NCBI GenBank assembly: GCA_031281585.1
Contig: JAITFE010000056.1
Span: forward strand, 24,566 to 88,565
DNA from: Bifidobacteriaceae bacterium
GTDB lineage: Bacteria; Actinomycetota; Actinomycetes; Actinomycetales; WQXJ01
DNA: 64,000 bases
Reading direction: 5' to 3'
The stretch's first letter is position 1. Each line of letters begins with the position of its first letter. Position numbers and translations under genes: made by a program. The notes beneath the pieces are model-generated. The model saw nothing but the letters and a program-made list of their open reading frames with translations. It did not search any database and was not told the origin of the DNA. Positions 37,355 to 46,795 of the stretch are shown piece by piece.

Positions 37355-38236
37355 CTATTTAATGGATCCGGCGGTGACGCCCCGCGTCAAAGTCCGCTGG
37401 AAGATCAGGAAGAAGATTAGCGTGGGGATCAACGACACCAACGCGCCCGCATTGAGGGTGGGCACGTCAAGCATCCTGTCGCCTTGCAGCGAGGAGAGCG
37501 TGATCGGCACGGTCTGCGAGTCCGGCGACGTGAGCATCACCAGCGGGATGAAAAACTCGTTCCACGTCCAAATGAAGAAGAAAATCATGAGGACTGACAA
37601 CGTGGGACGCACAATGGGGAACACCACCCGCCAAAGCTGTTGCCAGGAATTGGCGCCGTCCAGGGCCGCCGCCTCAAGCAACGAAGCCGGGAAGGTTCCC
37701 AGCACGGACGCCACCAGGTAGGTGCCGAAAGCGGACTGGATGACGGTGAAGATGATCACGATTGACCAACCGGAGTTGTTCAGCCCCACCTCTTGGGCGA
37801 TGTCGTAGAGCGGGTACAGCAGCACTTCTTGCGGCAGCATGTTGGCCAGCAGGAAGACGCCGATGAGCCATGACCGCCCCCGCACTCTTCCCACCCCGAG
37901 CGCGTAGGCGGACAGCAACGACAACGTGGTTCCGAACAAGGCGACCGCCGCCGAGGTCCAGACCGAGTTCCAGAGCTTCCGGGGGAAGTTGACACGGGTC
38001 CAGAAGTCCACCAGGCCTTTGGTGTAGACCTCGCTCGGCAGGGCCAGCGGGCCGTTGGTGGAGTATTCCGACGGGGCCTTGAAGGCGTTGACCACCATCA
38101 AGGCGAACGGCGCCAGCATGGCCAGGGCGATCAAGATGGCGGCGGCGAGCACAAACCACCTCAAAACGCCCCGATGGTGGCGGTCACGCGGACGCTTGGC
38201 GGGCGCTTGCCGGGAGGCGGAAGCGATCGTGGTCAT
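37355..38236 (-). CDS. carbohydrate ABC transporter permease (MalG-type)
   Basis: The ATG at 38236 overlaps the upstream stop (ATGA). EAA loop LEAAALDGANSWQQLWRVVFPIVRP, with six hydrophobic helices. Confidence 0.88.
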   Translation of the reverse strand: MTTIASASRQAPAKRPRDRHHRGVLRWFVLAAAILIALAMLAPFALMVVNAFKAPSEYSTNGPLALPSEVYTKGLVDFWTRVNFPRKLWNSVWTSAAVALFGTTLSLLSAYALGVGRVRGRSWLIGVFLLANMLPQEVLLYPLYDIAQEVGLNNSGWSIVIIFTVIQSAFGTYLVASVLGTFPASLLEAAALDGANSWQQLWRVVFPIVRPTLSVLMIFFFIWTWNEFFIPLVMLTSPDSQTVPITLSSLQGDRMLDVPTLNAGALVSLIPTLIFFLIFQRTLTRGVTAGSIK

Positions 38237-39192
38237 GCTGGAACCTCCATGTTCTTCCGCTCCGACCTGTTCTGAAGAACTTGGATCAGCCCCGCCACCA
38301 GGATGATGACGACCGTCAGCACGGTCGCCACAGCGGCGCCGTAGCCGACTTTGGACGTGTCGAAGAAGTTCAGGTATGAGTAGTAAGAGGGCACCAAGGT
38401 GGACTTTTCCGGACCGCCGCGTGTGAGCACATAGATTGGCGCGAACACCTTCAGCGCGGCGACCGTGCAGGTCAGTGTGACCACGAAAGTCTCGGGCCGG
38501 ATTTGCGCCACGGTGATCGCCCGGAAGCGCCGGAACCATCCGGCGCCGTCCAGTTCCGCCGCCTCATAAAGCTCTGGATCCACTCGTTGGAGCGCCGACA
38601 TGAAGATGACGGTCGGGTAGCCGATTTGGATCCAGACCAGCACCACCATCACGGCCGGCAAGGCGGTCTTGGGTTCTCCCAGCCAGTTTGGCGGCTGGGT
38701 CACGCCAAACGCGCGCAGCACCTCGTTCAGGGCCCCGGTTTGGGCGTTCAGGATCCAGTTCCAGACTATGCCGGCCACGGCGATCGGCATGATCTGCGGC
38801 AGATAGTAGGTGGCGCGCAGGAAACCGGCCATTCGCTGCCCAACGTGGGTGGCCACATAGTCGAACAACATCGCCGCCAGGATCAGGCCGATCAGAGTTG
38901 GCACCAGCACCATCGAGACGACCATCCACACCGAATTCCTGAACGACCCCCAAAACGCCGAATCGCCCAACAGGTCGGCGTAGTTGCCCAGCCCATTCCA
39001 GTGCATCGGCGCGAGACCGCCCTTCCACCGGTGCAAGCTGAACCACACGTTCATCCCAAACGGAATGACTATGACCGTCAACAGGCCGACAGCGCCGGGA
39101 ATCAAATAAAGCCAATAGACCCGCCGGCGGCGGCGAATCGATTTCCTGCCCACGCTTTCCGCCATGTCCGCTCCCCTCGTTCGCTCCGACAC
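38233..39192 (-). CDS. carbohydrate ABC transporter permease (MalF-type)
   Basis: EAA loop YEAAELDGAGWFRRFRAITVAQIRP. An alternative start is at 39165. Confidence 0.88.
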   Translation of the reverse strand: MSERTRGADMAESVGRKSIRRRRRVYWLYLIPGAVGLLTVIVIPFGMNVWFSLHRWKGGLAPMHWNGLGNYADLLGDSAFWGSFRNSVWMVVSMVLVPTLIGLILAAMLFDYVATHVGQRMAGFLRATYYLPQIMPIAVAGIVWNWILNAQTGALNEVLRAFGVTQPPNWLGEPKTALPAVMVVLVWIQIGYPTVIFMSALQRVDPELYEAAELDGAGWFRRFRAITVAQIRPETFVVTLTCTVAALKVFAPIYVLTRGGPEKSTLVPSYYSYLNFFDTSKVGYGAAVATVLTVVIILVAGLIQVLQNRSERKNMEVPA

Positions 39193-39195
39193 AGG

Positions 39196-39281
39196 CTGAG
39201 GCCCGCCGTGCGGCGGGCCTCAGCGATTTGCTCTCGTTTGGTCCGTGCCCCGACGGGCGGCCAGGCCGCCCCTCGGGGCAC
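39196..39281 (-). other. two GC-rich hairpins between the binding-protein and permease genes
   Basis: CTGAGGCCCGCC-GTGC-GGCGGGCCTCAG (39196..39223) and GTGCCCCGACGGGCGGCC-AGG-CCGCCCCTCGGGGCAC (39245..39281). Neither is followed by a U-tract. Confidence 0.55.
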
Positions 39282-39319
39282 GGGTTGGCTGTCCAACTAA
39301 CCGTGCTAAACGCCGGGCG

Positions 39320-40660
39320 TCAGCCGCCCAGGAGGTCGGCTTTACCGGCGTTGTAGAAGTCGCCCAGTTCCGCCAGCGCGGCGGCGGGCGTCTTGGAACC
39401 GTTCACTATCGACTGCCCGAACGCCACGATCTGGTCGTAGAAGCCGGCCACCGGCCAGTCGGGATAGTAGGCCAGGCCGTCAGCGGCGACAATCGAATCC
39501 CAGTTCTCTTGGAGCACCTTGGTGTTCGCGTCCGTGATGACGGACGAGTCGCCGGCCACGGGCAGGCCGCCCAGTTCGGCCATAACGTTCTGGGCCTTCT
39601 CGCCCAGGGCCGTGTCGATGAACTTGGCCGCAAGGTCGGCGTTCTTGGCGTTCGACGGGATCACCAGCAGGTTGCCGCTTGATCCGGGGGAGAAACTGGA
39701 CCCCGGGAATGGCACTTGCCCAAGCGTGAACTGCACCTCGGTGTTGAGGCGGCCGAACCACCAGGAGCCGGAGAACATCATTGGATAGGTGCCGGCGATG
39801 AATGCCGTCCCCATGTCCTCTGCGGTCAGGCCGGTGCAATCCTTCGCGATAAAGCCCTTTTCGACCCACTCGGCCAATAGCTCGGAGCCTTCAAGCAGCG
39901 GTCCCGCAGTGAAGTCCGCGTCGCCCTGGAACAACTGGTAGGAGTCGATGAACGAGCGATCGCCCTTTGACAGCACCAGCTCGTACCACAATTGTCCCAA
40001 AGCGTATTCAGCGCCAGATTCCGCCAGAGGAATGATTCCCTTGGCCACGAACGCCTCCATCGCCGATTCAAGCTCTGCGAAACTGGTCGGCACCGCGACT
40101 CCGTTGGCCTCGAACATGTCCTGGTTGAAGAACAGCGTGACATACTCGCCGTAGGTCGGCACACCGTACCAATTGCCGGACCCCATGAGGCCGTTCTCGT
40201 CGTAGCGGGCCGTGGTCTGCAGCGACGGTGAGAGCTTTGAGTCCCACCCATATTGCGAGGCGTAGGCGCTCAAGTCGGTCAACAGACCCTGCGAGGCCAA
40301 CTGGCCCGCTGTTCCGTTGCCCTTGTTATACTCCATAATGTCCGGCACGTCGTTGCCCGTGAGCACAATCTTCGCGTTCTTTTGGAGCTGCTCGAACGTT
40401 TGACCTTCGACCTTGATTTTGACGCCCGGATTATTGGCTTCGAACTCCTCGATCGCGGCGTTCCAAGACTTGGTCATGGCCGCGTCTTCACCCTCGTAAT
40501 GCCAAAAGATCAGCGTGGTCTCGGTGCCGCCTGAGGCGCCGCCTCCGTTGCCGCCGTTGTTTTTGTCAGTGTCCTTCTCGTCGCCGCCGCAGGCGGTTAG
40601 GGCAAGCATACCGGCGGCGACCATTGCGACCGCCATTCTTGCGCGTGTTGATTGTCTCAT
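39320..40660 (-). CDS. sugar ABC transporter substrate-binding lipoprotein (family 1)
   Basis: Signal peptide with the lipobox LALTACGG, a Gly/Asn-rich linker, and a 446 aa solute-binding fold pattern. Confidence 0.88.
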   Translation of the reverse strand: MRQSTRARMAVAMVAAGMLALTACGGDEKDTDKNNGGNGGGASGGTETTLIFWHYEGEDAAMTKSWNAAIEEFEANNPGVKIKVEGQTFEQLQKNAKIVLTGNDVPDIMEYNKGNGTAGQLASQGLLTDLSAYASQYGWDSKLSPSLQTTARYDENGLMGSGNWYGVPTYGEYVTLFFNQDMFEANGVAVPTSFAELESAMEAFVAKGIIPLAESGAEYALGQLWYELVLSKGDRSFIDSYQLFQGDADFTAGPLLEGSELLAEWVEKGFIAKDCTGLTAEDMGTAFIAGTYPMMFSGSWWFGRLNTEVQFTLGQVPFPGSSFSPGSSGNLLVIPSNAKNADLAAKFIDTALGEKAQNVMAELGGLPVAGDSSVITDANTKVLQENWDSIVAADGLAYYPDWPVAGFYDQIVAFGQSIVNGSKTPAAALAELGDFYNAGKADLLGG

Positions 40661-40811
40661 TGCTTCCTTCTTTCCGCCGGGCCCAGCTTGGGCCCGGCTG
40701 GCCTTCTCTTATTTATCTACGGTGTTGACTATTGGCAATGTGTTGGCCAACTGGGCCCTTCTGGGTGGGGTCGCCGGGGCGGGGCCCCACCCAAAAGGGG
40801 CCGTCAGTCAA

Positions 40812-43800
40812 TCAGTCGACCTCACCAATCCGCTTCCGGCGGCGCGAGACGGCTGCGGCAAACCCTCCGACCAGGATCAGCAGGGCCGCCAGACCGGTGG
40901 TTGGCCAAATCGCGGTGCCGCCGGTGATTGGCAGGGTTTCCTCGCCGTCGGCTGACCCGCTGGGGCTGGGCGTTCTGGTTCCGGGAGGCCCGGCAGGCCC
41001 AGACGGACCAGCAGGTCCGGGGGGCCCAGGCGGGCCGGACGGGCCGGGTTCGCCGGGTTCTCCAGGCTGACCGGGTTCGCCGGGTTCTCCAGGCTGACCA
41101 GGTTCGCCGGGTTCCCCAGGCCCGCCCGGTTCACCGGGCTCGCCGGGTGAGCCGGGTTCTCCGGGCTCACCCGGTTCTCCAGGCTCACCCGGTTCGCCGG
41201 GTTCCCCGTGCTCGCCAGCTTCGATGGTCACGGTGAACACGCTGGTGCCGGTCTGGCCCAGGTCGTCGACCCATGTGACGGTGAACTGGTAGGTCCCGGG
41301 GGCGGCCGTTCCGGCCGCGAACTCGACGGTGCCGTCAAGGCCGACTGTGACCGTCGCGCCGGCCGGAACGCCTGAGGCCGTGCCGGCCACAATGCTCCCA
41401 GTCGTGGCGACATTGACTTGGAAAGCGTGTTCGCCGCCCTCTGACACGGTGGCGGAGCCCCCGCCCGCTGCGGGCGGAGCCTGCACCGCGACCACGTAGG
41501 TGACCGGGACCGACTGCCCAAGCTGGTCGGTGAACGTCACCACGAAGGTGTACGTGCCGGACGGCACGCCATCGGCGTCAAACGTCACAACGCCGCTCGG
41601 GTCAACGTTCACGGTTCCAGCCGCAGGCGGCGAGGTCACCGCGCCGGTCGCGGAGCCGACACCAGCCGGCGCCGGGAAGGCGTGCGTGCCGTCTTCGGCG
41701 ATCAGTGCTTGGCCGCCCTGCGCGGCGGGCATCGCCTGGACGGTGACGACGTGCGTCACCGCCACGGTCTTGCCCAGGTTGTCGTAGTAGGTGACCGGAA
41801 TCTCGTAGACGCCCGGCTCCGATGACGCGAACCGGACTCTGCCGTCAGACAACACCACGGCATCGGCCGCGCTGACGTCGCCATCAGCGGAGGTGATCGT
41901 GCCGATTTGAGTCGAGAGCAGGTCGATCGAGGCGGTGGAGATCGCCGGATCGGCCACCGGTTCGGCGTCCAACACCACGTACTTGAGCGTGCCGTTGCCG
42001 TCGGACTCGCCGATGGTGACCTGCTTCGCGGTCGCCACCGGATCGCCCTGCTGGATCCCGTGGATGGTGAACCAGTTGATCCCCAGGTCAAGCCAGCCGG
42101 CGACAGCCCCGTAGGTGCTGGAGATATCCGTGTCCGGGATGGCCGAGGACACCTCGAAGACGAAGTAGAGATCGTGCACGCCGGCCAGAGGCTGCAACTC
42201 GAACGTCACATCCTGCCAGTGGTAGACGGGGTTCTGGTAGTCGGCGGCGGACGCCAAATCCAAGGTGCCCGCAACCTCGACCTCGCCCAGCTTGGTCCCC
42301 GTCACCGGATCGTCCGCCATGACGGTGATCTTGGCCGGCTCGGTCGACACCTTCACGTACCGCAACGTCATTTCCGTCGCCTGCGGGTCGTTCATGTAGA
42401 CCCGGTTGTAGACGGCGTAGTCACCGTTGCGGATGCGGTTGAGCTGCAAGCCGACGTCATCACCGTGGACGTTGTCAGCGCGCAGGTTGGCCACGGTGAC
42501 GCCGTCCACGTTGCCTGCCGAGTCGAACAACTCGGCCTCGTAACGCAGCGGATACGCGGTGCGGATCCCCTGGCCCTGGATGACAATCCGAGAGGTGTAG
42601 GACAGGCCGTTGCTGGTGGTCGCAGTCACATACACCTCGCCGTCGCCGTTGCCCGTGGCGCGCAGCGTCGCGTTGTAGGCCCGGTTGTTGTTCCCGCTGG
42701 TCTGGCCCTCGACGAAGCCGGCCCCCTCGCTGCCCGGAACGATCTCAGCGAGGTTGGTCGGCTGGCCGTTCTTGTCGGCCACGGTGAAGGTGACCGGCCG
42801 CGGGGTCGAGGTGGTGACTAACGGGTAGGTGACCGCGCTCAGCAGCAACTCGCCCTTGTACTGGTGGATGGCCCCGAAGGTGTCGAACTGGTTCGGCCCC
42901 CAGGAGATGTCGCTGGGCCGGGAATCCCAACCACTGCGGATGATGACCGCTTCCGCATTGGTGCCCGCCGCGACGGTCTGGTTGCTCAGCGCCACGTCCA
43001 GCGAAGCCGACGCCTGGCCAGCGGTAGTCGGGTAGGTGACCACCGCCCGCACAAAGCCGTCGGCCGTGCCGGCCGCAGTCAGCTGTCCGTTCGCGTTGAT
43101 AGTGGCCAGAGTGGTCGGGTTGCCCGACAAATCCGTCACCGTCCACGTCGCCGCGCCGGTCACAACCCTGGGTGCCGCGATCTTGGCCTCAAGCACCAGG
43201 TTACCCGACCGTTGTTCGATCTTCGCCGGAACCTCGACGTGATACCGCGTCAGCGAGGTCGCAATGTTGGTGTTGTAGTGGTTGGGGGTGATCGACACGT
43301 CGGAGTTCTGTGCCGAGGCGAAGGACGCGCCAAGACGCAACCAGGCGACAGACACGCCGCTCGACGGGCTGACCAGGTAGAGGTCGGCCGTGCCGGACGG
43401 AGCCGCCGCCAGGGTGGCGCCCACGCTCACGAAGGTCTGAACGTGACCGGTGGGCGGGATGTTGATGGTGCCCATCGGAGTGCCGCCGGAGACGGCGTCC
43501 GGGCCGCCCCGCCAGACCTCCAAAGCCACCGGCGCGGCGTTCGAGTTGGAGGCCCGAACTGCGAAGGCCGTCTGGGATGCGAAGTTGACGTCCGCGTACT
43601 TGACCCAGCCGCCAGTCGCGGCGCGGTAGGTGATTCCGTAGGAGTCGGTCTCATGCACCGAACTCGGGATCACGTCCGCCTGCGTGCCGGTGCTCGTCAC
43701 CGATGTGAACGAGTAGTCGTCGAAGTTGAACGCGGACTTGGCGGTGCTGAGGTCTCGCGGTTGCAGCCCAGAGCCGGTCACCGTCAGGTTGGCGGAGGCC

Positions 43801-46502
43801 AGCTGGTCGGCTGTCGCCGAGGACCGGGCCGCCGCGATGGTGTAGGTGCCCGGCTCGAGGAAATACCGCTCGCCGGCCGCATCCCAGATCGCCATGTCGC
43901 GCAGGGACACGTTGATTGTGACCTGTTGGGTCTGGCCCGCGCCCACGTTGATCCGCTTGTAGCCGACCAGCGTCCGGTTGGGGTACTCGACCCGCGAACT
44001 CGCGGCGCCGTTGAACGATGAGTAGATCTGCACCACCTCGTCGCTGGCCCTGGTTCCCGTGTTGGACACGGTCACGGTGACGGGCACGGTGGCGTTGAGG
44101 TTGGTGTTTGCGACCGTCGCCGGGTTCAGCGTCACGCCCGAATAGGCGAAGGTCGTGTAGGTCAGGCCGTAACCGAACGCGTAGATCGGCGTGCCGTCGT
44201 AGTACTGGTAAGTGCGGTTGCCCTTGATGATGTCGTAATCGGTGATCGGCGGCAGATCGCCCAGGCCCGCATACCAGGTTTGGTTCAGCCGGCCGGCCGG
44301 GGCGTAGTCGCCGAACAGCACGTCCGCCACGGCGGTGCCGAGTTCTTGGCCCGCATGGCTGGTGTAGACAATGCCCTTGACGTTCGGGTTTGCCTGGACG
44401 GCGCTGACGTCGAACGGGTAGGAGCCCACAATCACGACCACAGTGTTCGGGTTGGCCGCCGCGACGGCGTCGATCAACTCGACTTGTTCGGGGGCCAACT
44501 GGATGTCGGGAGCGGTCGCCTGCCGGTCGTAGGTCTCGCGCGAGGTCAAGTGCGGCTGATCGCCAACCGCGACGACGGCGACTCCAGCGCCTGTGGCCTT
44601 CGCGACGGCATCGTCAACGCCGTCCTGGACCGTGATCAACTCGAACTGCCGGTTTGCGGAGGTGTTGTTGCCGTTGTGGAGCACGTTGTAGGGCGAATTC
44701 TGGTTCACGTAAACCGCAGGCTGCGCTGTGGTGGCCGTCACGCCCGTGCCCTTGGTGAAGCGCAGGGAGACAACGTTGCCGGACCGTTGCACAATGCCCA
44801 GGTTCTGGTCGGTGCTCCACTGCTGGCTGGCCCGGTTGGCTCCTTCGTAGCCTGGTGGGTCGGCGTTGGCGACCAGCGTGTTGCCAGAACCGCGGGCGGC
44901 CAGGTACCGGTCGGTGTCGACCGAACGGAGCAACATGTTGTTGTAGCCGTAGTCATACAGGTAGAACTGGGCCTTCGGGTCGGCCGATGACGTGCCGGTG
45001 CCGGTCAGCGGGTCGGCGCCCGTCGCCCCGGTCACCAGGAATTTGCCGGTCACGGCCGTGGTCGCGGAGGTGCCGGTGACCTGGAAGGCCACCGTGTCAA
45101 CGCCCCGGCTGAACGCGAGCGAGCCGGAGCCCGCCAGCTTCTGGGCCATCTGGTCCTTGATCAACGTGGTGTAGGGGTAAGTGCCCGCGTAGAAGTCCGT
45201 GGAGTTCTCATCTCCCAACGGGCCGACCAAGGCGACGTTGGCGGACTTGGACAAAGGCAGGATCCCACCCTCGTTCTTCAGCAAGACCACCTGTTCCTTC
45301 GCCGCCTGGGCGGCGACCGCCCGGTTCTCTGCGGTGTCCAGCGCGTTCAGCTTGTTGTAGGCCTTGTACGGGTTGCCCGCGTCCACATCCAGGTCGCCGG
45401 CGTGGAGGCGGACCAGCAAGATGCCGTAGATGGCCTCGTCGATGTCCGCCTCTGTGATCATGCCGCGGGCCAGCGCCTCGTAGAACCAGCGCCGGGTGGT
45501 AGGCGTGTCCGTGTCGGACGGCGTCATGACGGCGATGCCGTTCTTGAGCGAGTCGGCCATCGACGCGGCCTGCCCCAGGGTGCTGGCGGGGTAATAGAGG
45601 TTCGAGCCGGACAGGTTCCCGGGGGATCCAGCGTCGGTCACGGCGAAGAAGGACCCGCCGCCCGTGCCGTACCCGCCGTCAAGCCACTCGCCGTACAGTT
45701 CGCTCATGACTTCCGGCATCACCATGGTCGGCTTGCCGTTGACCAGGTTGTAGGCGGTCATGATGCCGTTGACGTTGCCGTCCGCAATGCCGCGACTGAA
45801 GGCCCGGAGGTAGTACTCGTAGAGGTTCCGGGGGCCGGCGTTGGCCGAATACCCGGTGCGGTTCGACTCCTGGCCGTAGGCGGCGAAGTGCTTCAAGGTC
45901 GGTATGGCCTGGTAGTAGCCGTCTTCGCCGCCTTGGATGCCCGCAGCCATTGAGGAGGACATGGTGCCGGTCAGATAGGCGTCCTCGCCCATCGATTCCG
46001 AAGCACGTCCGGCCCTTGGATCACGGGCAAGGTCGACCACTGGGGCCCAAATGTCGATCCCGTTGAAGCGCGCGTCCACGGAGTTGTAAGCCCTCGCCTC
46101 CGCGCCCACCACGTCGCCAATCTTCTCGGCCAGTTCGGGGTTCCAGGTCATCGCTATGCCGGTGTTCTGCGGGAAAACCGTCGCATAGCCCAACCAGGAC
46201 AGTCCGTGCAGGCCCTCCGTGCCGGTGCGGAACTGGGGCACGCCGAGGCGGATGATAGCTGTGCTGAACTGGTGGAGCAGACCCACCTTCTCGTCCAGGG
46301 TGAGGCGCGAGATCAAGTCCTTCACGCGTGCGTCGTCGCTGAGCGAGGTGTCTTGGAACGGGTATGCCACGCCGCTCGCGCTGGCGGGCGCGGCCATAGT
46401 CTGAACGTCCTGGGTGGTAACCAACCCAAAAGCAACCACCGCCGCAGCCACCGAAGCCGCGACAGTTCGTTTGGCGGCACTTAGCCGACCGGTTTGGTGC
46501 AT
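40812..46502 (-). CDS. cell-wall-anchored multidomain glycoside hydrolase family 3 with CBM-like and Ig-like modules, a collagen-like repeat and an LPXTG signal
   Basis: GH3 N-terminal motifs LTLDEKVGLL and KHFAAYG, a GH3 C-terminal domain and an FnIII-like domain (GLTYTTF...VVQIYS). There are two CBM6/35-like segments and three ~85 aa Ig-like repeats. These are followed by 26 G-X-Y triplets (40980..41216), then LPITG, a TM helix and RRRKR. The start is ambiguous: the ATG at 46502 abuts AAGGAG, and the ATG at 46547 is an alternative. Confidence 0.85.
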   Translation of the reverse strand: MHQTGRLSAAKRTVAASVAAAVVAFGLVTTQDVQTMAAPASASGVAYPFQDTSLSDDARVKDLISRLTLDEKVGLLHQFSTAIIRLGVPQFRTGTEGLHGLSWLGYATVFPQNTGIAMTWNPELAEKIGDVVGAEARAYNSVDARFNGIDIWAPVVDLARDPRAGRASESMGEDAYLTGTMSSSMAAGIQGGEDGYYQAIPTLKHFAAYGQESNRTGYSANAGPRNLYEYYLRAFSRGIADGNVNGIMTAYNLVNGKPTMVMPEVMSELYGEWLDGGYGTGGGSFFAVTDAGSPGNLSGSNLYYPASTLGQAASMADSLKNGIAVMTPSDTDTPTTRRWFYEALARGMITEADIDEAIYGILLVRLHAGDLDVDAGNPYKAYNKLNALDTAENRAVAAQAAKEQVVLLKNEGGILPLSKSANVALVGPLGDENSTDFYAGTYPYTTLIKDQMAQKLAGSGSLAFSRGVDTVAFQVTGTSATTAVTGKFLVTGATGADPLTGTGTSSADPKAQFYLYDYGYNNMLLRSVDTDRYLAARGSGNTLVANADPPGYEGANRASQQWSTDQNLGIVQRSGNVVSLRFTKGTGVTATTAQPAVYVNQNSPYNVLHNGNNTSANRQFELITVQDGVDDAVAKATGAGVAVVAVGDQPHLTSRETYDRQATAPDIQLAPEQVELIDAVAAANPNTVVVIVGSYPFDVSAVQANPNVKGIVYTSHAGQELGTAVADVLFGDYAPAGRLNQTWYAGLGDLPPITDYDIIKGNRTYQYYDGTPIYAFGYGLTYTTFAYSGVTLNPATVANTNLNATVPVTVTVSNTGTRASDEVVQIYSSFNGAASSRVEYPNRTLVGYKRINVGAGQTQQVTINVSLRDMAIWDAAGERYFLEPGTYTIAAARSSATADQLASANLTVTGSGLQPRDLSTAKSAFNFDDYSFTSVTSTGTQADVIPSSVHETDSYGITYRAATGGWVKYADVNFASQTAFAVRASNSNAAPVALEVWRGGPDAVSGGTPMGTINIPPTGHVQTFVSVGATLAAAPSGTADLYLVSPSSGVSVAWLRLGASFASAQNSDVSITPNHYNTNIATSLTRYHVEVPAKIEQRSGNLVLEAKIAAPRVVTGAATWTVTDLSGNPTTLATINANGQLTAAGTADGFVRAVVTYPTTAGQASASLDVALSNQTVAAGTNAEAVIIRSGWDSRPSDISWGPNQFDTFGAIHQYKGELLLSAVTYPLVTTSTPRPVTFTVADKNGQPTNLAEIVPGSEGAGFVEGQTSGNNNRAYNATLRATGNGDGEVYVTATTSNGLSYTSRIVIQGQGIRTAYPLRYEAELFDSAGNVDGVTVANLRADNVHGDDVGLQLNRIRNGDYAVYNRVYMNDPQATEMTLRYVKVSTEPAKITVMADDPVTGTKLGEVEVAGTLDLASAADYQNPVYHWQDVTFELQPLAGVHDLYFVFEVSSAIPDTDISSTYGAVAGWLDLGINWFTIHGIQQGDPVATAKQVTIGESDGNGTLKYVVLDAEPVADPAISTASIDLLSTQIGTITSADGDVSAADAVVLSDGRVRFASSEPGVYEIPVTYYDNLGKTVAVTHVVTVQAMPAAQGGQALIAEDGTHAFPAPAGVGSATGAVTSPPAAGTVNVDPSGVVTFDADGVPSGTYTFVVTFTDQLGQSVPVTYVVAVQAPPAAGGGSATVSEGGEHAFQVNVATTGSIVAGTASGVPAGATVTVGLDGTVEFAAGTAAPGTYQFTVTWVDDLGQTGTSVFTVTIEAGEHGEPGEPGEPGEPGEPGEPGSPGEPGEPGGPGEPGEPGQPGEPGEPGQPGEPGEPGPSGPPGPPGPAGPSGPAGPPGTRTPSPSGSADGEETLPITGGTAIWPTTGLAALLILVGGFAAAVSRRRKRIGEVD

Positions 46503-46592
46503 CTCCTTTGATTCCCTTCGGTAGCGGCAGCTTCGCCGTTGCGGCATCACTGCCGATGAATTTGAGCGAGCCAACATCCCCCGCTGTGAGAC

Positions 46593-46606
46593 TCGAAGCG
46601 CTTCGA
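46593..46606. promoter_or_regulatory. candidate LacI-family operator
   Basis: TCGAAGCGCTTCGA is a perfect 14-bp palindrome in the divergent GH3/lacI control region. It has the same length and central AGCGCT as the CebR-type box TGGGAGCGCTCCCA. Confidence 0.5.
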
Positions 46607-46795
46607 ATACTTGCACACGGGGTCTCGCGCGTCAATAGCTGAAGCCAAAATGTGACCCTGTCAAGCGCGGGCCACCTTGTTGATCAGGGGCTTCGGCACG
46701 GGCTCCATTCCGGTGGAGCGCCCCTCCGGGCCGCTCCTCGTTAGTTCGCCGACGCGCGGCGTAAGCTGCCTTCAGCCGAATCGAAAGGAAGGCCC

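Noticed and set aside
40980-41216. The G-X-Y tract as a translation artefact of a GC-rich simple repeat
   Set aside because: It is in frame within a 5.7 kb ORF. It keeps strict triplet periodicity for 26 units with Pro or Glu in the X/Y positions. It is followed in the same frame by a complete LPXTG sorting signal. I retained it as real coding sequence.
46503-46616. Longest possible N-terminus of the GH3 gene (start 46616)
   Set aside because: It would translate through the perfect 14-bp operator-like palindrome and adds no signal-peptide features. The hydrophobic signal sequence follows the Met at 46502.
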